Part shown: one piece after another, positions 29,726 through 41,421 of the stretch | Layout: each line of letters begins with the position of its first letter | How positions within the stretch are numbered: position 1 is the first letter of the stretch | Origin: Ignavibacteriota bacterium | GTDB lineage: Bacteria > Bacteroidota > Ignavibacteria > UBA10030 > CAVZMI01 | Length of the DNA stretch: 64,000 nucleotides | NCBI GenBank assembly: GCA_963776275.1 | Contig: CAVZMI010000007.1 | Location: forward strand, 39,681 to 103,680 | Reading direction: 5' to 3' | Notes under the pieces: model-generated | Databases searched by the model: none | Told to the model about the DNA's origin: nothing | The model's input: only the letters and a program-made list of their open reading frames with translations | Translations under genes and position numbers: made by a program

Positions 29726-29779
29726 TTAACAATTTCTTAATACTCCCCTAATTCTAAGGTAACACTTATTCTCTATCTT
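29726..29779 (+). promoter_or_regulatory. Pho-box-like direct repeats and -10 element
   Basis: TTAACA (29726), TTAATA (29737), CTAATT (29748) and GTAACA (29759) at exact 11-bp spacing, then TATCTT (29774). Confidence 0.7.
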
Positions 29780-29831
29780 TGTGCCGACGATGATTCAAAG
29801 AATGTTGACACATATGATCTGCTGAATCCAA

Positions 29832-30017
29832 ATGAAAAAGAAAAATCGAAATAAGGAATCCTTTTTTCTGGCACTCGTCCGTGAATGCCTACCGGAGGCA
29901 GATGACATATCAACCGAGAATGAATATATGAGTGACCGTTCATTTACCATTTTACTCATAATGGTTGCGGCACTCTTCGGATTGATTGCTGCTCTTGATC
30001 ATGTACTATTACGATAA
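29832..30017 (+). CDS. Small membrane protein at the head of the pst operon
   Basis: 61-aa ORF with one C-terminal TM helix. Confidence 0.4.
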   Translation: MKKKNRNKESFFLALVRECLPEADDISTENEYMSDRSFTILLIMVAALFGLIAALDHVLLR

Positions 30018-30057
30018 GAAAAAACTAAAATCACAACTCATAATACTGAGGAACTCA

Positions 30058-31153
30058 ATGAGAAAATCATCAATTCTATCAATTATACTACTTTATTCTT
30101 TTTATACAGCTTTTGCGCAAGACAAGAATCCCGTGAAGTTCTCCGGTTATATGTTCGGCGATTACTTCTACAATGTTACGCGGGATTCAACCATCAATAA
30201 AGTATCCAATAAGGCGCTGAGCGGGACGCGGGACTTCAATGCGTTCCAATTCCGCCGGATCTATTTTATGTATGACGATGAGATATCAGGTTCATTCACG
30301 ACACGGTTCCGCCTGGAAGCAGATCAAGCGGCAAATACATCAAATAATAAAATCGGTGTCGCTGTGAAAGATGCATATCTCAATTGGAAAAACATCTTTG
30401 CCGGCAGCGATCTAATTTTTGGCATTCAGCCGACACCGGCATATGATATATCGGAGGCGGCATGGGGGTACCGTTCACTCGAAAAAACAATCATGGATCT
30501 CCGTGGAATCGTGCCTTCCCGTGACCTGGGTGTGGCACTTCGCGGCAAACTGGATGGAGAGGGAAAAATTAACTACTGGGTGATGATCGGAAATGAGGAT
30601 GGGAATAGTCCTGCATCATCAAAATTCAAGCGTTATTATGTTCATCTTCAGGTGAAGCCCGTCAATAACCTTCAAATTACGCTCTATGGCGATTTGAAAA
30701 CAATGCCGGAGATCAACGACCCGACAAGTCACAATGTCACGCCGGTAACTTTAAGCAATGACGTTTATACAACCGCCATCTTTGCCGGATATAACGAGAA
30801 AGATAATTACAATCTGGGAGTCGAAGTATTTTTGATGTCGACAATGCATGGTGTAAATAAATCGGGGAGCCTGCAGACGAAATCCGGAATGGGCTTATCG
30901 TTATTCGGATCCATTAATCTTCAAAAGGAACTTATCGCCGTTGCCCGGTATGATTACTTTGACCCGAATTCAGATTCAGATTTCAAAGGTGACAGTAGAA
31001 ACTATTTGATTCTCGGCTTGACCTACAAACCCGATCAGAGAGTATCGGTAATTCCGAATATTCAATATGAAACTTATGAAACGCCGGTCAACGGTCACTT
31101 ATGTAAAATCATCACTGACAGCACGGGTAACACTGTACTATGTTTTTCTATAA
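30058..31153 (+). CDS. Putative phosphate-related outer-membrane porin (frameshift near 31100)
   Basis: Signal peptide, FSGYMFGDY, FQFRRIY, RFRLE and ARYDYFDP. An alternative frame ends ARVTLYYVFL*, a beta-barrel-type C-terminus. Confidence 0.75.
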
Positions 31154-31201
31154 TTAAAAAATATATCATCTTTTCACATTCAAATTTTTGAGAGATTAAA
31201 A

Positions 31202-32239
31202 ATGAAAAAAATACTTCTTATTGCCCTCTCCGCGATTGTCCCGGCTCTGAGTTTTGCTCAGCTGCAGCTCAACGGTGCCGGCGCGACATTCCCTTATGTC
31301 ATTTATTCTAAGTGGTTCGATGTGTATAAACAGAAAACCGGCATACAATTCAATTATCAATCGATCGGGAGCGGCGGCGGGATCAAGCAGGTCATCGAAG
31401 GTACAGTCGACTTCGGTGCGACCGACGGTCCGATGAAAGATGAACAGCTGGCCGAAGCAAAAGAGAAGCAGCATACAGACGTCCTCCACATTCCGACGGT
31501 GATGGGCGCTGTGGTCGTTACGTACAATGTACCCGAATTGGGAGCCGATCTAAAACTGACGCCTGATGTCATGGCAGGTATTTTCCTTGGCGAGATAACG
31601 ACCTGGAATGATCGGCGTATCGCTTCTCTGAATCCGGGGAAAAACTGCCCTTCGAAACCAATCATCGTTGTCCACCGGTCGGATGGAAGCGGAACGACTT
31701 TCATTTTCGTCGATTATCTGTCAAAAGTGAGCGAACAGTGGAAGTTAAAAGTCGGAGCAGGAACTTCGGTGAACTGGCCGATTGGATTGGGTGGAAAAGG
31801 AAACGAAGGGGTCGCCGGACAGGTAAAACAGGTTGATGGTTCGATCGGATACGTTGAGCTAGCCTATGCGGTAAAAAATAACCTGCCGTATGCGCAAATT
31901 AAAAATAGGGCCGGTCAATTTGTGAGACCGTCTCTTGAATCCGTTACTGCAGCTGCAATTAGCGAGGCGAAGGCAATGTCGGCCGACCTGCGTGTCTCGA
32001 TTACAAATGCAGGAGGGAAAGAGTCGTATCCGATCAGCGGATTCACCTGGCTCCTTGTCTATAAAGATCAAAAAGACGGCCAAAAAGGAAAAGCAATGGT
32101 AGATTTCCTCCATTGGGCAGTAACCGAGGGCGAACAATATGCTTCCGGGCTCCTCTATGCTCCGCTCCCGAAGGAAGTTGTCAAAAAGTGTGAAGAAAAA
32201 ATTCGGCTCATCTCGTATGACGGCAAGCCGATACAATAA
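31202..32239 (+). CDS. pstS: Phosphate ABC transporter substrate-binding protein
   Basis: GAGATFP, YQSIGSGGG, VHRSDGSGTT and GGKGNEGV motifs. Confidence 0.97.
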   Translation: MKKILLIALSAIVPALSFAQLQLNGAGATFPYVIYSKWFDVYKQKTGIQFNYQSIGSGGGIKQVIEGTVDFGATDGPMKDEQLAEAKEKQHTDVLHIPTVMGAVVVTYNVPELGADLKLTPDVMAGIFLGEITTWNDRRIASLNPGKNCPSKPIIVVHRSDGSGTTFIFVDYLSKVSEQWKLKVGAGTSVNWPIGLGGKGNEGVAGQVKQVDGSIGYVELAYAVKNNLPYAQIKNRAGQFVRPSLESVTAAAISEAKAMSADLRVSITNAGGKESYPISGFTWLLVYKDQKDGQKGKAMVDFLHWAVTEGEQYASGLLYAPLPKEVVKKCEEKIRLISYDGKPIQ

Positions 32240-32300
32240 GCTTGTGATTCAGAGGTAATACGAACTGGCCTATAATAATGCGTCTTAAGGCAATATCCAA

Positions 32301-33266
32301 ATGATACAGAGCGAAGGTACAATAATACCAGGACGAAAATCACTCACATCGGCATTGAGGGAAATCAATGTCGGTGATGCTGTATTCAAGACAGTGATGA
32401 AATTCTTCGCCCTTCTTATCCTTCTTCTCATTGTATTGATGACGTATGAAATGTATTCTCGGTCTTCACTCTCGATCGAAAAATTCGGATGGAATTTTCT
32501 CACTCGATCGATTTGGGATCCCGTTCAAGAAGAATACGGCGCCTTACCATTTATTTACGGCACTTTAGTGTCATCGTTGCTTGCGTTGGTCATTGCCCTG
32601 CCGCTGAGTATCGGCATTGCTGTATTTCTCTCCGAGCTCGCTCCGCGATGGATCGAAGTGCCAATGTCATTTCTTGTCGAACTCCTTGCCGGAATTCCCA
32701 GCATTGTGTACGGGCTCTGGGGTTTTTTTGTGATGGTCCCCTGGCTTCGAACCACTATCCAGCCATTGCTGCTTAAATATCTCGGTTCGTTGCCTTTGTT
32801 TTCGGGACCGCCGTACGGTATCGGCATGCTCGCTGCCGGTCTGATACTTTCTATGATGATTCTTCCGATAATAGCCTCGATATCGCGTGATGTGCTCCGC
32901 GCTGTACCGCGAGCACAACGCGAGGCGGCACTGGCCCTCGGATCGACTCGGTGGGAATCAACCCGCGTTGCGATCAGTTATTCGCGATCGGGAATCATCG
33001 GGGCAACGATTCTCGGACTCGGCCGTGCACTTGGCGAGACGATGGCCGTAACCATGGTAATCGGCAACAGGCCTACAATATCGGCGTCACTTCTTGAACC
33101 CGGGTACACGATGGCGAGCGTACTGGCAAACGAGTTCACCGAGGCAACATCGCAAATGTATCTCAGTGCGCTGATCGAGATCGCACTTGTCCTTTTCGTC
33201 ATAACTATTATCGTAAACTCGTTCGCCCGCATTATGGTATGGAGTGTTACACGAAAAACAGAATAA
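32301..33266 (+). CDS. pstC: Phosphate ABC transporter permease
   Basis: ELLAGIPSIVYGLWG and LGRALGETMAV motifs. Confidence 0.95.
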   Translation: MIQSEGTIIPGRKSLTSALREINVGDAVFKTVMKFFALLILLLIVLMTYEMYSRSSLSIEKFGWNFLTRSIWDPVQEEYGALPFIYGTLVSSLLALVIALPLSIGIAVFLSELAPRWIEVPMSFLVELLAGIPSIVYGLWGFFVMVPWLRTTIQPLLLKYLGSLPLFSGPPYGIGMLAAGLILSMMILPIIASISRDVLRAVPRAQREAALALGSTRWESTRVAISYSRSGIIGATILGLGRALGETMAVTMVIGNRPTISASLLEPGYTMASVLANEFTEATSQMYLSALIEIALVLFVITIIVNSFARIMVWSVTRKTE

Positions 33267-33286
33267 CCAATAAAGATGGTATAATA

Positions 33287-34135
33287 ATGCACAATATCCG
33301 ACTCACACTTCGGCTTTTAAAAAGCAAGACGATGTATGTCCTTGCTGCTCTGAGCGCATTAATCGCCATCGTTCCGCTGATCCTCATTTTCTATCATACT
33401 TTGTCGCTCGGGATCTCGGCTCTCAATTGGGATTTTTTTACCAAGCTGCCGAAACCGGTCGGAGAAACCGGCGGTGGACTAGCGAATGCGATCGTCGGAA
33501 CTCTGATTCTCATCGGACTCGGAAGCACTGTGGGTATACCCATTGGTATCGGTGCCGGTATTTATCTCGCAGAATTCGGGAATAACAAATTTGCTACGAC
33601 GGTCCGGTTCCTTACCGATGTCCTGAACGGAGTTCCGTCAATTGTTACAGGTGTCGTTGCGTACTCGCTTATAGTGCTCCCGATGAAACATTTTTCAGCG
33701 TATGCCGGGGGCGCTGCTCTTGGCATTCTGATGATACCTGTGATTGCGCGAACGACGGAAGAAATGTTGATAATGGTTCCTCCGTCGTACCGTGAAGCTG
33801 CTCTGGCGCTGGGAATTCCCCAATGGAAAACCACCATTCGTATCGTTCTTCGTACGGCACTCGGAGGAATAATCACAGGTATCATGCTGTCTGTTGCACG
33901 TGCGGCCGGGGAGACCGCACCGCTCCTCTTCACATCGTTGAATAACCGTTTCTGGCATACGAGACTCGATCAGCCGATAGCATCGCTCACAGTTTTCATC
34001 TATAACTACGGCGTTTCCCCATTTGACGATTGGATTGCACAGGCATGGGGCGGGGCATTTGTGCTTATTGCCATCATATTCGTTCTGAGCATTATCGTTC
34101 GAATGTCGACACAAAGACGATTCCAGGAAAATTAA
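33287..34135 (+). CDS. pstA: Phosphate ABC transporter permease
   Basis: GVPSIVTG and ARAAGETAPLLFT motifs. Confidence 0.95.
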   Translation: MHNIRLTLRLLKSKTMYVLAALSALIAIVPLILIFYHTLSLGISALNWDFFTKLPKPVGETGGGLANAIVGTLILIGLGSTVGIPIGIGAGIYLAEFGNNKFATTVRFLTDVLNGVPSIVTGVVAYSLIVLPMKHFSAYAGGAALGILMIPVIARTTEEMLIMVPPSYREAALALGIPQWKTTIRIVLRTALGGIITGIMLSVARAAGETAPLLFTSLNNRFWHTRLDQPIASLTVFIYNYGVSPFDDWIAQAWGGAFVLIAIIFVLSIIVRMSTQRRFQEN

Positions 34136-34137
34136 TC

Positions 34138-34975
34138 ATGGAAGAACTGCTCGAACAGGAAAAAGTGAAAATTATTACACGCGAACCGAAATTGCATGTT
34201 CCGAAAAAACCGGAACATCCGATGAATTTTAAAATTATTGCACGGGATGTGAAGGCTTATTTCGGAAATACACTCGCGCTGAATGGTATTTCGCTCTCGA
34301 TCCCCAAAAACTCCGTTGTATCGATCATTCGGACCTTCGGGGTGCGGCAAATCGACATTTCTTCGTTCGATTAACCGTATGCATGAAACCGTGCCGGGCG
34401 CCCGAATGACCGGCGAGATCCTTCTGGATGGCCAGAACATTTATTTGATGGACGCTGTGAGAGTTCGTAGACGTATCGGAATGGTATTCCAGAAACCGAA
34501 TCCTTTCCCCACTATGTCGATTTACGACAACGTGGCTGCAGGTTTGAAACTTAACGGGATCCGATCCCGCGCACGACTGGATGAAGTCGTCGAGAAAAGC
34601 CTTCGCCGCGCCGCCCTATGGGATGAAGTAAAAGATGTTCTCGGAAAAGGCGGGATGAGCATCTCCGGCGGGCAACAGCAACGCCTTTGCATCGCCCGGA
34701 CACTTGCCGTCAATCCGGAAGTGATCCTCATGGATGAACCCGCAAGCGCACTCGATCCGATTTCGACGGCTAAAATCGAAGAATTGATACATGAATTGAA
34801 ACACGATTATACAATCGTTATTGTGACACATAACATGCAGCAGGCTGCACGCGTCAGCGACTATACAGCCTTTTTCTACCTTGGGGAATTGGTGGAATAC
34901 GACCAAACAACGCGTCTATTCACTGCTCCAAGTAAAAAACAGACCGAAGAATATATCACGGGACGATTTGGATAA
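34138..34975 (+). CDS. pstB: Phosphate ABC transporter ATPase (frameshift near 34330)
   Basis: [31 protein letters not shown] and YITGRFG. The N-terminus lies in ORF 34030-34374. Confidence 0.92.
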
Positions 34976-34983
34976 GGAGAGAT

Positions 34984-35643
34984 ATGCGAAGATTTTTTGA
35001 AGAACAGCTCGATCAGCTGCGGACAAATATAATCAAAATGGGCAGTGTGGTCGATGAGCAGATCGATTTTGCCATAAAGGCACTCGAAGAATCAAATCTC
35101 GAGCTGGCGCGGATTGTCATAGATCGGGACAACAAGGTCGATGAATATGACAACCTCATTGACCGCCAGTGTGAAAATATTTTCGCAATGACCCAGCCGG
35201 TTGCAGTTGATCTGCGTCTTTTGATGTCAGCGCTGAAAATGAACAACGAGCTTGAGCGTGTCGGAGATATTGCAAAAAATATTGCAGAGCGAGTAACCCC
35301 GCTGCGGGATCATGCCGATCTTATCCGCCGGACAAAAATACTTGAGATGGCTGCTATTGCACGACAAATGGTCAAACATGCAATTGACTCATTCGTGAAT
35401 AATGACCCGGCGCTTGCCCGCGACATTTGCCTTAACGACGATGCCGTCGATGCTCTTGATCGGGAAATATTTCAATCGCTTGTCGCTGAAATGAAAGTCG
35501 ATCCCGAAATCATAGAACCCGCGGCTCATCTCATGATCGTCTCACGCCACATAGAGCGGCTTGCTGATCATGCCACCAACATCGCCGAAGATGTAATCTT
35601 TCTTGTGGACGCAAAAATCATAAAACATCATGCGGAGGAATAG
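34984..35643 (+). CDS. phoU: Phosphate signalling protein PhoU
   Basis: QPVAVDLR, LERVGD and IERLADHATNIAE motifs. Confidence 0.96.
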   Translation: MRRFFEEQLDQLRTNIIKMGSVVDEQIDFAIKALEESNLELARIVIDRDNKVDEYDNLIDRQCENIFAMTQPVAVDLRLLMSALKMNNELERVGDIAKNIAERVTPLRDHADLIRRTKILEMAAIARQMVKHAIDSFVNNDPALARDICLNDDAVDALDREIFQSLVAEMKVDPEIIEPAAHLMIVSRHIERLADHATNIAEDVIFLVDAKIIKHHAEE

Positions 35644-35670
35644 CACTCATCGCGCTCCGTGCTTGGAGCA

Positions 35671-36624
35671 TCAGGTGATGCTGAGGCGTTTCAACCTATA
35701 ACGAAGGGACTGCTGGTTCATCCCTAAGAATGTTGACGCACGACGCTGGTTGAACCCGAAACGTTTGAGCACTCGCTCGATAATACCCCTCTCAATAATA
35801 CCGAGTGAATGACGGAGAGTAAATTTCTGTCCGCTCTTTACATTATCGAGCATTTTAATAATTTCTGTTTTTTCATCTACCATCTCGGGCGGCAGCGTGA
35901 ACCCACCATCTTTTAAATACAGAATGCATTGATCGGTGACCGCCTTAAGCTCGCGAATATTCCCGTACCAGGGCTGGTGGACGAGGACTTCGATTGAATA
36001 TGCATCGATATCAACGTCCGGCAGATCAAGATCCTTGCAGAGAGTATCTTTAAAGTGTTTCACAAGCAATGGGATATCTTCCCGGCGTTCACACAGCGGT
36101 GGAATATAAACAGTTTCGAATTTCATAAAAATCTTCTGAAGTTCCTCAAGAAGACTTCTTTTTCTGACAAGCTCGCCGGGATTCTCTTTCATCGTAACAA
36201 TAAACCGGATGCCCGTTGAGAAATTTTTTGCACTATCGCTCTTCTTCGATCTGCTCTCTTCAATAAACTTCGATACCTTCATCTGACACAGAAGATTTCC
36301 CTCTTCTATGTCTTCGATCAGAATAAACCCGCCATGTTCCTTTTGCACAGCACTGCGTTTCTTTGCGGATGGGACATGTCTGGATCGATTTCCGAATAAC
36401 AGGTACTCCAATTCTTTTTCGTCAATTGCCGAAAGATTCAACGATAGAAAAGGGACTGACTCCCTATCGCTCCTGCTCAACTGATAAATACTTTTCGCGA
36501 TTGTCCCTTTTCCAACGCCCGATTCACCGATTATTAAAAGATCCCTTCGGATCGCTGCAATACGATGAATCGTCTTGATAAGCTGTTGAGAATCTTTGCT
36601 CCGTCCGATGATCGGATAGTCCAT
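35671..36624 (-). CDS. Degenerate sigma54-interaction AAA+ domain with Fis-type HTH
   Basis: GESGVGK, PPLCERREDIP, WYGNIREL and a C-terminal HTH. No GAFTGA loop and no sensor domain. Confidence 0.8.
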   Translation of the reverse strand: MDYPIIGRSKDSQQLIKTIHRIAAIRRDLLIIGESGVGKGTIAKSIYQLSRSDRESVPFLSLNLSAIDEKELEYLLFGNRSRHVPSAKKRSAVQKEHGGFILIEDIEEGNLLCQMKVSKFIEESRSKKSDSAKNFSTGIRFIVTMKENPGELVRKRSLLEELQKIFMKFETVYIPPLCERREDIPLLVKHFKDTLCKDLDLPDVDIDAYSIEVLVHQPWYGNIRELKAVTDQCILYLKDGGFTLPPEMVDEKTEIIKMLDNVKSGQKFTLRHSLGIIERGIIERVLKRFGFNQRRASTFLGMNQQSLRYRLKRLSIT

Positions 36625-36848
36625 GATACCTCACTATTTCCATATAATATATTCTCTTCTACATGAAATTCAACTCCACAGATCTATGATCTCATTAATC
36701 CAACAACACCTCAGACTACTCTATGCTGGGGAAAAATAGCTTAAAAATGAAAATTGCAGATCATTTGATTATTTGTTATAATTCATTTCCTATAAAATCT
36801 GTACTGAATTGAAAAATATTGACTACCTCTGGAGTAAGGAGAATTAAC

Positions 36849-38669
36849 ATGTCTTTTAAAGGTCTCTACATCTCTTTGTTTGCCCTGATTGTTTTGTCAT
36901 TGGAGCACGCTTACGCTGACAACAACATCCTGACCAATCCCGGTTTTGAGAGAGGAAAGGAGGGCTGGTTCAACCGGACCTGCGCAATTGAAGCCGTTTC
37001 ATCGCCGGTTCATAGCGGTACGGGCAGCTGTAAGGCAATCCGCAGATTGGCGAATTGGCAGGGGATAAAACAATCGGTATTCGGCAAAATGTTAGATGGA
37101 AAGACGTACAAGGTATCAGGCTGGGTAAGACTTGACAATGCCCATATCGATACGGTTGCTATATCCTTCGAACAGCAGGATGACAGCGGCACCAGGTATT
37201 ATGGCGTGGCCCACGCTGCTGTAACGGACAGTAACTGGGTTCTGCTTTCAGGCGAATTCACACTGCATGTAAAGGGCACATTATCGGTGCTGGATGTATA
37301 CTTTGAAGGCCCTGCACCAGGTGTCAATTTTTACGTTGATGACGCCAAGGTATTTGGACCTGAGGTCGATGCTCCCAAGGTAATCCCTGCAAAACCCAGA
37401 GGGACAGCCCGGATTAATGTCAAAACACGCCACCAAAAAATAGATGGTTTTGGAGCCTCCGGTGCCTATTATACCGCGAATTTGGTTAACCATCAAAAAA
37501 AGAGCGAACTATTCAATCTACTCTTCAAGGAGCTTGGCCTTGATATACTCCGCATAAAAAACAATTACGACATAGAGCCAAATTCATTCCGCGAAACAGT
37601 AGAAATAGCCAAGCGCGGTGAAGAGGCCCTCGGGCGAGACCTGAAGGTTATGATATCATCATGGTCACCCCCTGCCTATCTGAAAAGTAACGCAAACGTA
37701 ATCGGCGGAACGCTTAAAAAAAGCAACGGAAAATATATGTACGATGAGTTTGCAGAATGGTGGTACAATAGCGTGGCTGCTTACACCAAAGCAGGCGTCA
37801 AAGCAGATTATATAAGTATACAGAATGAGCTTGACTACGAAGCCCCATGGAATTCGTGCAAATTCACTCCTAAAGAAGCTTTAGATACAAACCTTGCCGC
37901 TTATAACAAAGCCTTCGAGGCGGTCTGGCATAAGTTGAATACTAAAATGGGTTCGGACATGCCGAAGATGCTTGCCCCCGAATCGTCCGGTTTAGGTAAT
38001 TCCAAGGAGTACATAGAAAATTTAGACAGCCTATCCCATGTCTATGGTTATGCGCACCATCTCTACGATTGCAGCGGCTGCGGCTCGGCACCTGACAGGT
38101 TTATTCCCAGAATGATCAGCTATCATAACCTAACTATGCAGCATGGCAACAAGCCTGTGTTCCAGACAGAGTTCGAGGACGAGCCCGGCACGTGGGCCGA
38201 CGCAATCAATACAGCGCTTGTGATGCATAATGCCCTGACTGTGGAGAACGTATCAGTTTATTTGTACTGGGATTTATTCTGGGGCACGGGTACCGGCCTG
38301 ATCAGTATGGACGATTCATCCTCCTACACGATCAAGCCAACCTATTATGCTTTCAAGCAGTATTCGGCTTTCATCGATGCTGACTGGCAGCGTGTGGATG
38401 CAGTGACCGACAATACCGGACTGAGGATTTCGGCCTATATCAGCCCGGATAACAAAAAACTTACTGCGGTCATCATCAATACAACTGAGGCCACCAATAT
38501 ATCACTCAATCTGTCTATAAAGAATTTCTCTATTTCTAAAGGAGAAGTCTATAGATCCAGTCAGACGGAAAACTGTGTCCGTGTCGGCAGCTACAATAGG
38601 CAGGCTCTGTTGAAAATTCCGGCGAACACCGTAACAACACTGTCGCTCTTTGCCGGCAGAAGAAAATGA
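36849..38669 (+). CDS. GH30 xylanase/glucuronoxylanase with N-terminal CBM4/9/22-type module
   Basis: Signal peptide, NPGFE...FYVDD CBM. QKIDGFGAS, SSWSPPAYLKSN, ISIQNE and FQTEF catalytic motifs. Confidence 0.88.
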   Translation: MSFKGLYISLFALIVLSLEHAYADNNILTNPGFERGKEGWFNRTCAIEAVSSPVHSGTGSCKAIRRLANWQGIKQSVFGKMLDGKTYKVSGWVRLDNAHIDTVAISFEQQDDSGTRYYGVAHAAVTDSNWVLLSGEFTLHVKGTLSVLDVYFEGPAPGVNFYVDDAKVFGPEVDAPKVIPAKPRGTARINVKTRHQKIDGFGASGAYYTANLVNHQKKSELFNLLFKELGLDILRIKNNYDIEPNSFRETVEIAKRGEEALGRDLKVMISSWSPPAYLKSNANVIGGTLKKSNGKYMYDEFAEWWYNSVAAYTKAGVKADYISIQNELDYEAPWNSCKFTPKEALDTNLAAYNKAFEAVWHKLNTKMGSDMPKMLAPESSGLGNSKEYIENLDSLSHVYGYAHHLYDCSGCGSAPDRFIPRMISYHNLTMQHGNKPVFQTEFEDEPGTWADAINTALVMHNALTVENVSVYLYWDLFWGTGTGLISMDDSSSYTIKPTYYAFKQYSAFIDADWQRVDAVTDNTGLRISAYISPDNKKLTAVIINTTEATNISLNLSIKNFSISKGEVYRSSQTENCVRVGSYNRQALLKIPANTVTTLSLFAGRRK

Positions 38670-38783
38670 ACGAGAAGCAAACAGTTATTGGTCGACAAGC
38701 ATCTGTTGATTTGAGGATCGCGCTGAATTAGCAACCGAAAAAGCAAAGCGAGATTTCGACTCCGTCGAACCATCTCACCCAGT

Positions 38784-41171
38784 TTAGTCTACTTTCCATT
38801 TCCATTTTTGAATCTCGGGCATATCCTCGCCATATTTACCGATATATTCTTTATGTTTAATTATTTTATTACGCATATCCTGCTTGACGTATGCTGAAAT
38901 ATTACGTAAAACAGAAACCCGATCCACAACATCAGCTACCAGGTGGAAACGATCCATATCATTCCTCACCAGCATATCAAACGGAGTGGTCACGGTTCCT
39001 TCCTCTTTATAACCGCGGACATGAAGATTTTTATGATTGGTTCTCCGATAGGTGAGCCGGTGAATGAGCATCGGATATCCGTGATAGGCAAAGATTATCG
39101 GTTTATCGGATGTAAAAAGTGTGTCGAACTCCTGATTCGTCAGTCCATGCGGATGTTCTTCCTTCGGTTGAAGCGTCATAAGATCGACGACATTGATCAT
39201 CCGAATTTTCAATTCCGGAGCATAACTCCTCAAAATTTCTATTGCAGCCAGTGTCTCATTCGTCGGTACATCCCCCGCACAAGCCATGACAACATCCGGC
39301 TCCTCTCCCCGGTCGTTGCTTGCCCATTTCCAGATACCGATGCCGTAGGTACAGTGCTTGATCGCCTCGTCCATCGAAAGCCACTGGGGCTGGAGATGTT
39401 TCCCCGCCACGATGACGTTGATATAGTTCCGACTTCTTAAACAGTGGTCGGCAACCGAGAGCAACGTATTGACATCGGCCGGAAAATATACCCGTATAAC
39501 GTCCGCTTTTTTATTTACCACATGATCGATGAAACCCGGATCCTGATGGCTGAATCCGTTATGGTCCTGCCTCCATACGTGGGATGACAAAAAATAATTC
39601 AGAGATGCGATCGGCCTGCGCCACCGGACTTCCTTACTGCTGACCTTCAGCCACTTTGCGTGCTGATTAAACATTGAATCGATAATATGAATGAACGCCT
39701 CATAGGAAGTGAAGAGCCCATGACGGCCGGTGAGAAGATACCCTTCCAACCAACCCTGGCACGTATGCTCGCTGAGGATTTCCATGACCCGGCCGTCCGG
39801 AGAAAGATGGTCGTCTCCCGGAATTCTCTCTCCCATCCATACCCTGTTCGTCGCACCAAATAGGTCACCGAGACGATTCGATGTCAATTCATCCGGAGCC
39901 ATCACACGAAAATTCTTATTCTCTTCGTTTAGTTTTACCACGTCTCTCAGAAAGGTTCCAAGAATTCTGGATGTCTCACTCATGATTTGTCCGGGCTTCT
40001 TGACTTTAATTGCATAATTGCGAAAATCCGGAAGCGTCAAATCTTTCAGTAGAAGCCCCCCGTTCGTATAGGGATTTGCTCCCATCCGTCGGATCCCTTT
40101 AGGAGACAGTTCGGCTAATTCGTGAATAAGTCTCCCATGTTTGTCGAACAGCTTTTCCGGATGGTAACTTTTAAGCCAATTCTCCAGAAGCTTAAGATGC
40201 TTTGGATTTGTTTGAACTTCCGCGAACGGGACCTGATGCGAACGCCATGATCCCTCGATTTTCAAACCATCGACCTCTTTAATGCCCGTCCAGCCTTTGG
40301 GAGTCCTCAGAATAATCATCGGCCATTGGGGACGTTTGACAGTTCCCTTTCTTCTGGTTTCATTCTGGATCGATTGTATTTCTGAAATGACAGAATCGAG
40401 CGTCTCTGCCATAAGCCTGTGCATTTTCTTCGGCTCCGAGCCCTCGACAAAATATGGTTTATATCCGTAGCCAATGAATAGACTTTCGAGTTCCTCATGG
40501 CTGATACGGGCCAGCACAGTCGGATTGGCAATTTTATAGCCGTTCAGATGAAGAATAGGCAGCACTGCCCCGTCATGGACAGGATTTAAGAATTTATTTG
40601 AATGCCATGCCGTAGCGAGAGGGCCGGTCTCGGCTTCACCGTCGCCGACGACGCAGGCAACAATCAGATCCGGATTATCAAATGCCGCCCCGTACGCATG
40701 GGAAATCGAATAACCAAGTTCACCCCCTTCGTGGATGGAGCCGGGCGTTTCCGATCCGGTATGACTCGATATGCCGCCGGGGAATGAAAACTGTCTAAAG
40801 AGCTCCTTCATTCCCTTACTATCGGAAGAGACCTGTGGATATAGCTCGCTATATGTTCCTTCCAGATAGGTGTTGGCGACTAAAGCAGGACCACCGTGAC
40901 CCGGTCCTGTAATAAACATCATGTTGAGGTCTTGCTCTTTTATAATCCTGTTCAGATGCACATAGATAAAATTCAAACCGGGTGTGGTGCCCCAGTGACC
41001 CAACAGCCTCGGTTTTGCATCTTCTTTTCGTAACGGCCTTTTTAAAAGCGGATTATCAAGCAGATATATCTGTCCGACAGACAGATAATTAGCGGCACAC
41101 CAGTATCGGTGCATCCGGTTCAGGAGATTATCCGATATCTTTTTTGTCCCATTTATTCTTGATTTGCTCAT
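38784..41171 (-). CDS. xfp: Xylulose-5-P/fructose-6-P phosphoketolase
   Basis: [31 protein letters not shown] and [13 protein letters not shown] motifs. Confidence 0.96.
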   Translation of the reverse strand: MSKSRINGTKKISDNLLNRMHRYWCAANYLSVGQIYLLDNPLLKRPLRKEDAKPRLLGHWGTTPGLNFIYVHLNRIIKEQDLNMMFITGPGHGGPALVANTYLEGTYSELYPQVSSDSKGMKELFRQFSFPGGISSHTGSETPGSIHEGGELGYSISHAYGAAFDNPDLIVACVVGDGEAETGPLATAWHSNKFLNPVHDGAVLPILHLNGYKIANPTVLARISHEELESLFIGYGYKPYFVEGSEPKKMHRLMAETLDSVISEIQSIQNETRRKGTVKRPQWPMIILRTPKGWTGIKEVDGLKIEGSWRSHQVPFAEVQTNPKHLKLLENWLKSYHPEKLFDKHGRLIHELAELSPKGIRRMGANPYTNGGLLLKDLTLPDFRNYAIKVKKPGQIMSETSRILGTFLRDVVKLNEENKNFRVMAPDELTSNRLGDLFGATNRVWMGERIPGDDHLSPDGRVMEILSEHTCQGWLEGYLLTGRHGLFTSYEAFIHIIDSMFNQHAKWLKVSSKEVRWRRPIASLNYFLSSHVWRQDHNGFSHQDPGFIDHVVNKKADVIRVYFPADVNTLLSVADHCLRSRNYINVIVAGKHLQPQWLSMDEAIKHCTYGIGIWKWASNDRGEEPDVVMACAGDVPTNETLAAIEILRSYAPELKIRMINVVDLMTLQPKEEHPHGLTNQEFDTLFTSDKPIIFAYHGYPMLIHRLTYRRTNHKNLHVRGYKEEGTVTTPFDMLVRNDMDRFHLVADVVDRVSVLRNISAYVKQDMRNKIIKHKEYIGKYGEDMPEIQKWKWKVD

Positions 41172-41353
41172 AAAACCCTCCAAAAGATAATTCTGTAAAA
41201 GATAAATAAAACTCTTCGCTATTTCTATAGTCTATTTATTAATTTGATCTTTCATAAGTGCTTTTCGTACAAGCATGTACGAGAATACGGCAGAGGGCTT
41301 ATGTCGATGACCCGCTCTAATCCATATCGAACTCCGTAGTACATTATAATATT

Positions 41354-41401
41354 ATGTAAGATTATTTTTTACTTGACTTACATCTGATAATTTCGTATTA
41401 T
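41354..41401 (+). promoter_or_regulatory. vapBC promoter with inverted-repeat operator
   Basis: TTGACT-N17-TATTAT. ATGTAAG...CTTACAT inverted repeat overlaps the -35 element. Confidence 0.55.
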
Positions 41402-41421
41402 AAAGAAAAAGGAGTAATACA

